DNA of 64,000 bases from Thalia democratica (taxonomy: Eukaryota): contig OZ241826.1 of assembly GCA_965202585.1 (NCBI GenBank), positions 104,532,001 through 104,596,000 on the forward strand, written 5' to 3'. The position numbers were made by a program, and so were the translations under genes. Of the stretch, positions 13,301-28,300 are shown piece by piece (position 1 is the stretch's first letter; each line of letters starts with the position of its first letter). Under the pieces are notes generated by a model. The model saw only the letters and a program-made list of their open reading frames with translations. It did not search any database and was not told where the DNA came from.

Positions 13301-16300
13301 GTTTTATGAAAATTTTGTTGCCTACGACCTGAGATTTTTTCCTACAAGTTTGAAATAGTACGTGTTTTTTTTCAATATGTGGTTTGATTTATTAAAAATT
13401 GATAAATTATTTAGGTGCATTTTAGAATTTTGCCGTTTAACCCCGACTAGTTGGGAAAAAGTCTTCAAACCCAGCAATTTTTATTTGCAAACTTCTAGTT
13501 GAAATCTTTTGTATTCAGGCTATTTTCATCTTCAGTTGATTAAAACTTAAAATTTTCAATTTTTTGATGTTAATGTATTGGTTATTTAACTTATATTGAC
13601 TATTTTGTAGCATTAAAGCTGGATTAATAAGTTATAATGGCTACTACTAGTTTACAGGGTTTCAAAAAACCTGGATTTTGAGAAACTTTGAAAAAAAAAA
13701 CCGGAAAAACCTGGAATTTTAACCAGGGTTGCCACTTTACCTGGAAACCTGGAAAAAACTTGAAAAACCTGGAATTTGATAATTTAGGCAAAATAAACCT
13801 GGAAAAACCTGGAATTTTAACAATTTTCACATTTTTTATAGTAAAATTTCGATTTGACTCAAAAAATCTATCACATAAATAAAAAAATTTTATCATCATC
13901 ATTATTTTTTGTTAAAAAACAAATTTAAAGTATCTTTACAGTATCTTTTTAATCTTTTTATACTATTTAACACAGTTTATTACCTTAACTAAACTCTAAC
14001 CTATAAATAGACCTAAAAATGTGTACTTTTAAAAACCTGGAAAAAATCTGGAAAACCTGGAAAAAATTTTGAAAAAACAAGTGGCAACTCTGTTTAACTG
14101 ATATTAAATAACTAACCAAACTTAAATTGAAACAAAAAACTACAATAGTAAATAATTTTTTACGTATTAATAATACTTTATTACCAAAAATACATTTAAA
14201 GTAGTTTACAGTATCTTTTCAATGTTGTTTTACTATCAAAGACAGTTTTTTAACTTAAGTTTAATTTTAAATAAAAAGTTCATCCAAAAACTTGTTTTCA
14301 AACAACCTGGAAAATCTTAACAAAAAACCTTTGGCAACCCTGTTAACTTTTTAAAGCCGAGTCTCTAGTTTAATTTGAACAGGAACAATTTTCGAATTTT
14401 TTTCCTAAGTTGAGAACATAGGTAAAATACTGCAATAAGATATAAACGTTTCTACCTAGGTATATACATTTTAAATTTATTGTATTATACGTTTGAACTC
14501 TACGTTTTTACATTGCAAAAATACTTTTTAATATTTTCTAGTTGTTTAAAGATGACACTAGTTGTTCAAATTTATTTAGATGAAAAAATGTCTGTTAAAC
14601 TACTACAAGTTTATATTATTTGTTAATTCAATAATGTTTATATGGACTAAGTTAAACTATTTTTAAAATAGAGATTTGTACAAAGCTTGAAAAAATTATT
14701 TAAAAAATTACATTTGAATCATTTTGTGACGTAGTTTATGAAAAGTCGTAGATTTTTTTGTTTTCAAGATAAATATAAAACTACTACTTACCACAAAGAA
14801 ATAATAAAATTTTTATTAGCCGATTTCGCCATGTTTCTAATTTGAAGCTGTGGTAACACAGTCCTTTTAAAAAAATATTTTTAATAAGTGGAAATTCACG
14901 CTAATTAGAAATTAGACTGCATGCGTGTGATCAAGACTGTTGGTATGGAAATTTTTGGCAAAGTTTAATCTAGTACCTTTTCTCAAGATAAAATAATTAT
15001 TTACTTGTTGAATTTTTTAAATACGCGAGTCTTCAACACATTATACTTACGAAATGTTTATCAGAGAGTATTTGGCGCAAACTAGATACTTAATGTTATC
15101 AAGGTATATATAATAAAATATTTTTAAATATAGTTTATAATTAATCAAGCTACTTTCCAAAAGTCAGAGTAATTTTTTTTGTTTAACTTTATTGCTTTGA
15201 AATTATTGCACCTCCGAAAATAATTTTCAACTTTTAGTATTCAAAGTGAAGTTAGTATTCAAAGGTTATTACTCTCTTAGACTAAGTAGAATAATTTTAA
15301 TGACTTCACGCTAGTTTTTGAAAAGTTTTTGTTTTTTTTTTGTATCAGGCTAATTTTAACTTGAATGAATTAAAGTTATTTTATCATTACAAAACTTTCT
15401 GTGGTTTTGACTTATTTAAAACTTTGATGTTATTTTAATTGGTGCTTATTTCAATTTGCAGCCGCTAGTTAAGCATTAGTTTTAAAAGTTTTTTAAAGTT
15501 GACCAAAGCAAGTGAGCTGTAACAGACAAGGCCATCAAGGAACCAGATAAAAATTTTATAAAAACAACATCGGTTTAAATTTTTTCTTCAATGCAAGCTT
15601 GGAGTGTTGAAAACAGGGTTCGTGCGCGTCAGGCTAAGTCAGGCTAAATCAGTTTTTTTGAAAAAAGTTGAAAAACGTCAGGCTAAATCAGTTTTTATGT
15701 TTAAAATTTTGAGAATCTCAGTTTTTGTCAGTTCAAATGCATGAAATTTTTTTAATTAAGATCAAATTGAGATGTGAATTTATTTCTAAATAAAGATTTA
15801 GTTATTAAAGACAAAATCAGTCAGTTTTTTGTAAAAATAAGTGCTTAAAACCTTTTGTTGAATCTCTAAAATAATTTTAAGAATCTTCATTATTTTGTTT
15901 TTAGTAGATTATATACGTCATAATTAACAGGGTTGCCACACACTCAGGGAACTCAAAGAATCTCAGGGAATTTTCAAACTGTAGAAAATCTCAGGGAAAC
16001 TCAGGGAATTTTGGCATTTTTCTTTTAACTCAGGGAAACTCAGGGAAGTTTTGATTTTTTCTCTAAATTTCAGGGAAGTTTTTGAAAATCTCAGGGAATT
16101 TTTTTCTAGATCTAGAATGAGGTTTAGTTAATCCAGTTTCAATATTTTGTTCAAAAGTAGTAATTTTTATTATTTAAGTGGTTATTTAGAATTTTTTTAG
16201 CCTTGCGGCTAGTTCTTCAATATTCTTAGTATTAACATTGTAGTTTTTTTAAGTTTTAAATTTATATTTACTTAAGTAAAATCAAACAGTTTAGAGAAAT

Positions 16301-19300
16301 GAAAGTTGTTGTTAACTATTCATTTAAAAGTTCTAATAAACTTTTTATTTTTAGTTACTTATGTAGTTTAAAAAACACTATGTTGTACTATTAGTTCTTA
16401 TTTTTTAAATAATAAAGTTATTTGTTATTTGTTTACATACTTGTTTTCAGTAAAAAAAAAATAAAATGAATACAGATTAGTGTTGTATTACTTTTGTTAA
16501 AAAAATAGAGGTTAAATTTTTGTTTATAAATAATAATTTCAAAAGTAGTAGCAGTAATGGTAATTAATTTTTTAGTGTGAATCGTTTAATAAACTTTACA
16601 ACTTTTTTGCAATGAAAGAATTATTAGCAAGAGGAATAGCTGCTAAGGACAACGCAAATAAACTTGAAAATAAAATTAAAACTATTGATTTAGAAATTGC
16701 ATACTTTAAAAACAGTATTAAGATTTTTTTATTAGGTAATATGAAATTGTTTTAAAATCAAAATTATGTTTTCAGTTATTTAAAATAGATTGTGTATGAA
16801 CATCTAAAAGACATAAAAATTATTTTAGATTATTTTGTATCAGTTGTTAGGTATTAAGTTGTACTTTGATATGAGATATTTCTTTAGCTATTTCTTTAAA
16901 CTTTCTTTTTGCAGGTTTTTTTTACAATAATGTTATGCTTTTAAGTTTTATTTACTGCATTCAGAACAGTTGCTAGGAAAGACATACAAGTCATAATGAA
17001 GTTATTATGTATGTCAAACAAATTAAACTTTATTCTTTTATGTAGAAAGTTAACTAACAAGTTTACACAAAGTTGTGCAAAAATTTAGTTTTTAATTTTT
17101 TATTGGTTTAAACCTTTTAAGATTGAGTTTTTGAAAACAGTTTTTTTCATAAATTTAATGCAGAAGCATACACATACAACCTTCCTTTTATTATTAAAGA
17201 AGAAAAATGAGAATGAGGTATTAATAATTTATGTTAGAAGAGAAAATTTTTTTTTTAAAATTTGAAAAATACTCAGGGAAACTCAGGGAAATTTAAGGTT
17301 ACTCAGGGAAGATTTTTTGGCTCAAAGAGTGGCAACCCTGTAATTATAAAAATTCATAAAAAAGTACAGTTTAAACATTACAGTTTAGTTTAACAACTTA
17401 GCTGTTTGTCTGAATTTGTTTACATGAGTTTTGTTTTTCAGAGCTTAGTTGGTTAAACTGTTTTAATTTCTAATATAAAGGCTTTATACCAAATACTTTT
17501 TAGATTAATACTCTTAGCAGTTTGTTAAGTCACATTTCTGTTTTAATAAAAGCTTCTGGTCCAGTCATGTAACTTAGAGTTGACGAATTCAAGTACTAAT
17601 TGACACGAACCCTGTATATGGGTGATAAGTGGTGGATGTAACTAAGCCCCAAAATTTAATAAATGTATGAATTCATTGAAGCAGAAATTATAATGACCAG
17701 TTAAAAATATTCAAGTTGCTGAGTAAGCGATTGATAGATGTTAAAAAATAATTCATTTGAATTTTTATTTTCTTTAGAAGTAGTTTTGTGAATACTTTTA
17801 TTGCGTTAATTTGCTAATTAAGACCCCCGATACCCAAAATGCCATCTGAAGGTGATTTTTTCTACTTTGAAAAAATGTCAGGCTAAATAGGTCTCTGTCA
17901 GGCTAAATGAAAAGGAATTTCGCGCACGAACCCTGTGAAAATAAACCTTGGAAAATTTTAAACGCCGTCATTTTCTAAAAAAAAATTGAATGCTTCATAT
18001 TTTATCTCAATATTTTCCATCCTTTATAACAAGGGTTGGCAGCCTTTATAGTTAATTGGTCAGTTTTCCCATAAAAAGTTGCTCGCGGGCCGCATTCTTT
18101 TAGAAAAAAATCTACAGGCCGCTGTTATATTATTTTAAACCGAAAGTTTGATGAAATATGTCAAAGCATTATTAATCAATAAGTTAAGAGCTCGAATCTA
18201 AAACAAAACCGCGAGTTTAAATTTTATATATGTAAAAACAGTTTTGCCAATAATATCATCCCGTGCCGCAGTCTTTATATCGCTTGTTTACAATCAACCA
18301 AGTTGATGTCCTTAAAAGATTGAATTCTAAAAATAATTTGTGAAATTTATAAAAAAATACATTTGAAGCTTTTTGTGACGTAGTTGTTAAAAAATTGTCA
18401 AATTTATTTAAAAAAAATAAATATCAAGCTGTAAGCAACAATACTATATATAAATTTGTGTTTTCAGCTAGGTTGTTTGAGATTTGAAGCTGTGTGTAAA
18501 CGCAGTTAAATAAACCAAGTTCAAGAAAAGTACATTTAATATATTCTATCAAGTTTTTTTCTTCACGCGTTCAATAGTATGCGTATGATCGAAATGAAGA
18601 CGAACTCCCATGTAGTTCAAACATCAAATTTATTAAGTCTAAATTAATATTGTCTATTTTAGTAAAAGAACTTATGATTAAAAAATGAATACCGCAAATT
18701 TTGTAAAACTGTTTTAACTTGTTCGGTATAACGTATTTAATTTTCAAGTTCTATAATTACCCCAATATAGTTCGCTAAAAATACTTTTGTATATTTTTAC
18801 TAGCCTGAACTTACTCAGAAAAACTAATAATAAACCACCCTAGTTTTTTTAGCAAAAGTGTAGCTGTTTTTTAAAAATATTAGTAAAAATTCAATTGAAT
18901 AAATAAATGATAAAAGTTATATTAATTCTTATAGTGTAATCTAAATAAATATTTATTTCAAATAATTAGTTTAACATAAATAATAAATTAATATTTGATA
19001 CATAATCCAAAAAATCCGCTATTCAACCATTATTTGTTTGAAACTATTATTTTTAAATTAATAATGAATATAACTTATTACAGAATCCAACAAACCCTCT
19101 TTTCAATGACCATTTATTCAAAACAATTAAAATTATATACGATTATAACAGTATATAAAATTATAATAAACAAATGTAATCACAACAGAACCCTACAAAA
19201 CCTCTATTCAATCACTATTTGTTCGAAACATTCTGTTTGTAAATTAATAATAAATTAATAATTAACACAGAATCCTACCAACCCTTTATTCAATCACTAT

Positions 19301-22300
19301 TTGTTCGAAACATTCTGTTTGTAAATTAATAATAAATTAATACTTAACACAGAATCCTACCAACCCTCTATCAATCACTATTTATTCGAAACATTCTGTT
19401 TGTAAATTAATAATAAATTAATACTTAACACAGAATCCTACCAACCCTCTATTCAATCACTATTTGTTCGAAACATTCTGTTTGTAAATTAATAATAAAT
19501 TAATAATTAACACAGAATCCTACCAACCCTCTATTTAATCACTATTTGTTCGAAACATTTATTTGTAAATTAATAATAAATTAATACTTAACACAGAATC
19601 CTACCAACCCTCTATTCAACCACTATTTGTTCGAAACATTCTGTTTGTAAATTAATAATAAATTAATACTTAACACAGAATCCTACCAACCCTCTATTCA
19701 ATCACTATTTGTTCGAAACATTCTGTTTGTAAATTAATAATAAATTAATACTTAACACAGAACCCTACCAACCCTCTATTCAATCACTATTTGTTCGAAA
19801 CATTCTGTTTGTAAATTAATAATAAATTAATACTTAACACAGAATCCTACCAACCCTCTATTCAACCACTATTTGTTCGAAACATTCTGTTTGTAAATTA
19901 ATAATAAATTAATACTTAACACAGAATCCTACCAACCCTCTATTCAATCACTATTTGTTCGAAACATTCTGTTTGTAAATTAATAATAAATTAATACTTA
20001 ACACAGAATCCTACCAACACTCTATTCAATCACTATTTGTTCGAAACATTCTGTTTGTAAATTAATAATAAATTAATACTTAACACAGAATCCTACCAAC
20101 CCTCTATTCAATCACTATTTGTTCGAAACATTCTGTTTGTAAATTAATAATAAATTAATACTTAACACAGAACCCTACCAACCCTCTATTCAATCACTAT
20201 TTGTTCGAAACATTCTGTTTGTAAATTAATAATAAATTAATACTTAACACAGAATCCTACCAACCCTCTATTCAACCACTATTTGTTCGAAACATTCTGT
20301 TTGTAAATTAATAATAAATTAATACTTAACACAGAATCCTACCAACCCTCTATTCAATCACTATTTGTTCGAAACATTCTGTTTGTAAATTAATAATAAA
20401 TTAATACTTAACACAGAACCCTACCAACCCTCTATTCAATCACTATTTGTTCGAAACATTCTGTTTGTAAATTAATAATAAATTAATACTTAACACAGAA
20501 TCCTACCAACCCTCTATTCAACCACTATTTGTTCGAAACATTCTGTTTGTAAATTAATAATAAATTAATACTTAACACAGAATCCTACCAACCCTCTATT
20601 CAATCACTATTTGTTCGAAACATTCTGTTTGTAAATTAATAATAAATTAATACTTAACACAGAATCCTACCAACACTCTATTCAATCACTATTTGTTCGA
20701 AACATTCTGTTTGTAAATTAATAATAAATTAATACTTAACACAGAATCCTACCAACCCTCTATTCAATCACTATTTGTTCGAAACATTCTGTTTGTAAAT
20801 TAATAATAAATTAATACTTAACACAGAATCCTACCAACCCTCTATTCAATCACTATTTGTTCGAAACATTCTGTTTGTAAATTAATAATAAATTAATACT
20901 TAACACAGAATCCTACCAACCCTCTATTCAATCACTATTTGTTCGAAACATTCTGTTTGTAAATTAATAATAAATTAATACTTAACACAGAGTCCTACCA
21001 ACCCTCTATTCAATCACTATTTGTTCGAAACATTTATTTGTAAATTAATAATAAATTAATACTTAACACAGAACCCTACCAACCCTCTATTCAATCACTA
21101 TTTGTTCGAAACATTCTGTTTGTAAATTAATAATAAATTAATACTTAACACAGAACCCTACCAACCCTCTATTCAATCACTATTTATTCGAAACATTCTG
21201 TTTGTAAATTAATAATAAATTAATACTTAACACAGAATCCTACCAACCCTGTATTCAATCACTATTTGTTCGAAACATTCTGTTTGTAAATTAATAATAA
21301 ATTAATACTTAACACAGAATCCTACCAACCCTCTATTCAATCACTATTTGTTCGAAACATTTATTTGTAAATTAATAATAAATTAATACTTAACACAGAA
21401 TCCTACCAACCCTCTATTCAATCACTATTTGTTCGAAACATTCTGTTTGTAAATTAATAATAAATTAATACTTATCACAGAATCCTACCAACCCTCTATT
21501 CAATCACTATTTGTTCGAAACATTCTGTTTGTAAATTAATAATAAATTAATACTTAACACAGAATCCTACCAACCCTCTATTCAATCACTATTTGTTCGA
21601 AACATTCTGTTTGTAAATTAATAATAAATTAATACTTAACACAGAATCCTACCAACCCTCTATTCAATCACTATTTGTTCGAAACATTCTGTTTGTAAAT
21701 TAATAATAAATTAATACTTAACACAGAATCCTACCAACCCTCTATTCAATCACTATTTGTTCGAAATATTTATTTGTAAATTAATAATAAATTAATACTT
21801 AACACAGAATCCTACCAACCCTCTATTCAACCACTATTTGTTCGAAACATTTATTTGTAAATTAATAATAAATTAATACTCAACACAGAATCCTACCAAC
21901 CCTCTATTCAATCACTATTTGTTCGAAACATTTATTTGTAAATTAATAATAAATTAATACTTAATACAGAATCCTACCAACCCTGTATTCAACCACTATT
22001 TGTTCGAAACATTTATTTTTAAATTAATAATAAATTAATACTTAACACAGAATCCTACCAACCCTCTATTCAATCACTATTTGTTCGAAACATTCTGTTT
22101 GTAAATTAATAATAAATTAATACTTAACACAGAATCCTACCTACCCTCTATTCAATCACTATTTGTTCGAAACATTTATTTGTAAATTAATTATAAATTA
22201 ATACTTAACACAGAATCCTACCTACCCTCTATTCAATCACTATTTGTTCGAAACATTTATTTGTAAATTAATTATAAATTAATACTTAACACAGAATCCT

Positions 22301-25300
22301 ACCAACCCTCTATTCAATCACTATTTGTTCGAAACATTCTGTTTGTAAATTAATTATAAATTAATACTTAACACAGAATCCTACCAACCCTCTATTCAAT
22401 CACTAACTATTCGAAACATTCTATTTGTAAATTAATAATAAATTAATACTTAACACAGAATCCTACCAACCCTCTATTCAATCACTATTTGTTCGAAATA
22501 TTTATTTGTAAATTAATAATAAATTAATATTTAACACAGAATCCTACCAACCCTCTATTCAATCACTATTTGTTCGAAACATTCTGTTTGTAAATTAATA
22601 ATAAATTAATACTTAACACAGAATCCTACCAACCCTCTATTCAATCACTATTTGTTCGAAATATTTATTTGTAAATTAATAATAAATTAATACTTAATAC
22701 AGAATCCTACCAACCCTCTATTCAATCACTATTTGTTCGAAACATTCTGTTTGTAAATTAATAATAAATTAATACTTAACACAGAGTCCTACCAACCCTC
22801 TATTCAATCACTATTTGTTCGAAATATTTATTTGTAAATTAATAATAAACTAATACTTAACACAGAATCCTACCAACCCTCTATTCAATCACTATTTGTT
22901 CGAAACTATTATTTGTAAATTAATAATAAATTAATACTTAACACAGAATCCTACCAACCCTCTATTCAATCACTATTTGTTCGAAACTATTATTTGTAAA
23001 TTAATAATAAATTAATACTTTACACAGAATCCTACCAACCCTCTATTCAATCACTATTTGTTCGAAACATTCTGTTTGTAAATTAATAATAAATTAATAC
23101 TTAACACAGAATCCTACCAACCCTCTATTCAATCACTATTTGTTCGAAACTATTATTTGTAAATTAATAATAAATTAATACTTAACACAGAATCCTACCA
23201 ACCCTCTATTCAATCACTATTTGTTCGAAACATTCTGTTTGTAAATTAATAATAAATTAATACTTAACACAGAATCCTACCAACCCTCTATTCAATCACT
23301 ATTTGTTTGAAACATTCTGTTTGTAAATTAATAATAAATTAATACTTAACACAGAATCCTACCAACCCTCTATTCAATCACTATTTGTTCGAAATATTTA
23401 TTTGTAAATTAATAATAAACTAATACTTAACACAGAATCCTACCAACCCTCTATTCAATCACTATTTGTTCGAAATATTTATTTGTAAATTAATAATAAA
23501 CTAATACTTAACACAGAATCCTACCAACCCTCTATTCAATCACTATTTGTTCGAAACTATTATTTGTAAATTAATAATAAATTAATACTTAACACAGAAT
23601 CCTACCAACCCTCTATTCAATCACTATTTGTTCGAAACTATTATTTGTAAATTAATAATAAATTAATACTTAACACAGAATCCTACCAACCCTCTATTCA
23701 ATCACTATTTGTTCGAAACTATTATTTGTAAATTAATAATAAATTAATACTTAACACAGAACCCTACCAACCCTCTATTCAATCACTATTTGTTCGAAAC
23801 ATTCTGTTTGTAAATTAATAATAAATTAATGCTTAACACAGAATCCTACCAACCCTCTATTCAATCACTATTTGTTCGAAACTATTATTTGTAAATTAAT
23901 AATAAATTAATACTTAACACAGAATCCTACCAACCCTCTATTCAATCACTATTTGTTCGAAACTATTATTTGTAAATTAATAATAAATTAATACTTAACA
24001 CAGAACCCTACCAACCCTCTATTCAATCACTATTTGTTCGAAACATTCTGTTTGTAAATTAATAATAAATTAATGCTTAACACAGAATCCTACCAACCCT
24101 CTGTTTAACCACTATTTGTTCGAAACTATTATTTGTAAATTAATAATAAATTAATACTTAACACAGAATCCTACCAACCCTCTATTCAATCACTATTTAT
24201 TCGAAACTATTATTTGTAAATTAATAATAAATTAATACTTAACACAGAACCCTACCAACCCTCTATTCAATCACTATTTGTTCGAAACATTCTGTTTGTA
24301 AATTAATAATAAATTAATATTTAACACAGAATCCTACCAACCCTCTATTCAATCACTATTTGTTCGAAATATTTATTTGTAAATTAATAATAAATTAATA
24401 TTTAACACAGAATCCTACCAACCCTCTATTCAATCACTATTTGTTCGAAACATTCTGTTTGTAAATTAATAATAAATTAATACTTAACACAGAATCCTAC
24501 CAACCCTCTATTCAATCACTATTTGTTCGAAACTATTATTTGTAAATTAATAATAAATTAATACTTAACACAGAATCCTACCAACCCTCTATTCAATCAC
24601 TATTTGTTCGAAACATTCTGTTTGTAAATTAATAATAAATTAATACTTAACACAGAATCCTACCAACCCTCTATTCAATCACTATTTGTTCGAAACTATT
24701 ATTTGTAAATTAATAATAAATTAATACTTAACACAGAATCCTACCAACCCTCTATTCAATCACTATTTGTTCGAAACATTCTGTTTGTAAATTAATAATA
24801 AATTAATACTTAACACAGAATCCTACCAACCCTCTATTCAATCACTATTTGTTCGAAACTATTATTTGTAAATTAATAATAAATTAATACTTAACACAGA
24901 ATCCTACCAACCCTCTGTTTAATCACTATTTGTTCGAAACATTCTGTTTGTAAATTAATAATAAATTAATATTTAACACAGAACCCTACCAACCCTCTAT
25001 TCAATCACTATTTGTTCGAAACTATTATTTGTAAATTAATAATAAATTAATACTTAACACAGAATCCTACCAACCCTCTATTCAATCACTATTTGTTCGA
25101 AACATTCTGTTTGTAAATTAATAATAAATTAATACTTAACACAGAATCCTACCAACCCTCTATTCAATCACTATTTGTTCGAAACTATTATTTGTAAATT
25201 AATAATAAATTAATACTTAACACAGAATCCTACCAACCCTCTATTCAATCACTATTTGTTCGAAACATTCTGTTTGTAAATTAATAATAAATTAATACTT

Positions 25301-28300
25301 AACACAGAATCCTACCAACCCTCTATTTAACCACTATTTGTTCGAAACATTCTGTTTGTCCATCAGAATCACGCTGAATCAGCAACCTGAGGCAGCCAAA
25401 ATGTTCGAAGACCACATCTACCCCATATTCATTCGCATATTGGAGAATGGAATTGACGAGTTTACTCCTTACGTTTTTCAAAGTTTGTTTCTACATTTTT
25501 TTTAAATTAATTATTTTGTTTGTTTTCAGTTCTGTATAGTAAGAACCAAAAGTAAAGTTATCTTATTTCGTGTAAAACGCACTAAAAATTTTTATAATAT
25601 TTTTCTCAAAAAAATATCACTTCTATTAAAATTGAGCCCATACCTCAAATATACATAGAAATTGTGTAAATATTATAATTTAATTTATTTACAGTAATGT
25701 CGCTTGTACTGGAGTTGAGACCCCAACCCATACCACAAATTTACATGAACATTTTTCCCGGGCTGTTGAAACCCGTTTTGTGGGAGAATAAGGGAAACAT
25801 CGCTCCATTGAGTAGACTACTGCAAGCTATCATTGACAAGGTGAGTTATTTGAAATTGAATTAAATATTTATATACCATTTGCAACTTAATATCAATAGG
25901 TTCATCTTCTTTTGAAGAAGAGCGACCTAACTTAAATACGCAAGTAGCATTAAATGGTAAAACAAAATTATTAGCAATCTATTAATAAACATGCCTTTAG
26001 TTTTAATTACTGAATCTTTAATTTTTGTATTTATTTTAATTTATTCATACGTCATAATTTAAAGTTATTTTTTAAGCTATTCACTCAACTAAAATTTTTT
26101 CAAATTTCATTTAAAATTCATCACTTGACAAAGAAATCTTGTATGATTTTGAAAAGCTTTGTGTAATAAAATATAAAAAACAAAATGAACCTATTGATAT
26201 TAAGTTGCAAATGGTATATAAATACGTTCAAAAACCTTCCTATAATAGTAATTAAATATTTATTATTAGTTATTAATGAAAAAACTGCACCGCTGAGTTG
26301 AATCCTGCAAGCTATTATTGATAAGGTGTGTAAAAACAAAATGTTATTAATGTGTTTATGATTAATAGGGAAATTATTCATTAATTACTAATTAATCATT
26401 AGTTACTTATTTAAACAAGTTTTAAGATATGTATTCAATGTCATTATGCTATTTAATACTATTTTTCACCTTTAACTTAATCTTACATTAAAAATAGACT
26501 CTAAAACGTGTAATTTTAAAATCTGGAAGAAATTTTTGAAACCTGAAGAAAAATTGCCAAAAACATTTAGAAACCCTGTGCATTAGACAAACTGGTTGGC
26601 AATATAATTAAACTTTTAAAAAGTTATCTACACAAAGTGAAATAAGATGTTTTTTTTGTAAAACAAAATTATAATAAAATAATTTACTATTAACAGAACG
26701 CCAGAGGTACATTAGAAAAACTAGTTGACATAAAAATAAATGATACAAAGGAATCTAAATAAAGTAAAATATAATTAAATTAAACTTAATTTAAATTAAT
26801 TATTTTTATAGAACGCCAGAGGTACATTGGAAAAGCTGATTGATATGAAAGGAGTGTCCCAAAGACTCATGGGAACCAAAACCAATTTCGAGCATGGACT
26901 GGGAATTATCACCAGCCTGTTTAAAGGAATATCCGAGTAAGTTAAATATTTATTATTTGCAACTAACTCTAGACATGTATTAGGAATTATTACCAGTCTG
27001 TTTAAAAGTATTTCCAAGTAGGTTAAAAAATGAAGGAGAAGATAATTTTTTATGAAATAATAAAATTTTTCGCGTTTTTTGGTTTCTGCCTTCCATAAGA
27101 AACCTGAGGTCATCGTCTTTGATCGCTTATAACTCAAAAAATACTTTGAATTTTTTCAAACGGTTAAAAATGTCTGATAGCTCAGATACAACTCTACAAA
27201 GCAAGATAAACTTGTAAAAATAGAGTTCTGATTCTGAGTGAATAGAGTTGAACCCTTAACACATGTTTGTTATGTTAATTTTATTATTTCTTCAGGCAAG
27301 AGTTAGGAGGATACAGGGATTTGTTCAGCATGCTGTTTGTGCGCTTGCAGAGAAACAAGACGAACTCATTAGTGAGAGGTTTGCTGGTGGTGTTCGCCAA
27401 CTTCATCAACTTCAAATCGCCCAACGACTTCAAACACCAAGTCGACACCATCCAAACCGGGTATAAATATAATTAATATATATACATTTTTTATATGTAG
27501 TATTGTTATAAGTTTATAAGACGACACCATTGAGACTGTGTTTGTAAAAATACAATAAATATATATACTTAATTCTATGTAATAATTAGTAACATATATT
27601 GTTTTGTCACGATACCATTTATACTGGGTAATTAATAGTTGTATAAGGTGTGCTCCCTAAAAAAATCAACCAATTTAAAAATGTACCTTGATACTTAATG
27701 AATGTTTAATAAATATGATTTTTTTTTGTATAATATTGTTATTAGTTTGCAATATATATTTTTTGTTACATACTGTTTATACTGGGTATTTAGTAGTTAA
27801 TTAAAATGTGCACACTTAAATTGTTTAGTTCTACCAGTAGTGTATCTATGTTTATTTTTTAATTTACAAAATATTGTAGCTCAAAACCTTGATAAGTAAA
27901 AGGTGTAAAACTTTTTAATTGAAATGTACACATATAAAAAATATTTTAATATTAATTATAATCTAACCACATAAAAATGTGATTTCAGTAGTAATACTTA
28001 GAATCAACGAAAAATGTTAATTTTTTTTTGATTCAATAAACATTTTGATACAGAATGTTTGAAATGGTTGTGGAAAAAGTGATAATACCGGACCTGCAGA
28101 AAGTACTTGGTACGCACAACAGGAAAATGTGTTTTGTTGCTTACACCAATCTGCTCACTAAGTGTACATCCATGACCAATCATCAGAACAATCACCTGTG
28201 GTGAGTAATATTTAAAATTTTAATTAAATATATTTTTGTTGCTTACACCAATCTGCTTACCAAGTGTACATCCATGACCAATCATCAGAACAATCACCTG

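Noticed and set aside
13624-13902. ORFs rich in PG/KPG motifs
   Set aside because: Translation of MITE CCTGGAA subterminal repeats; no transposase motifs.
18995-19258. 87-aa ORF starting [17 protein letters not shown] as a separate gene or real exon
   Set aside because: It is the most decayed echo of exon 25308; similarity ends after about 16 codons.
19000-25357. CRISPR-like array
   Set aside because: There are no unique spacers; the whole unit repeats, it derives from a spliceosomal exon junction, and the context is eukaryotic with no cas genes.
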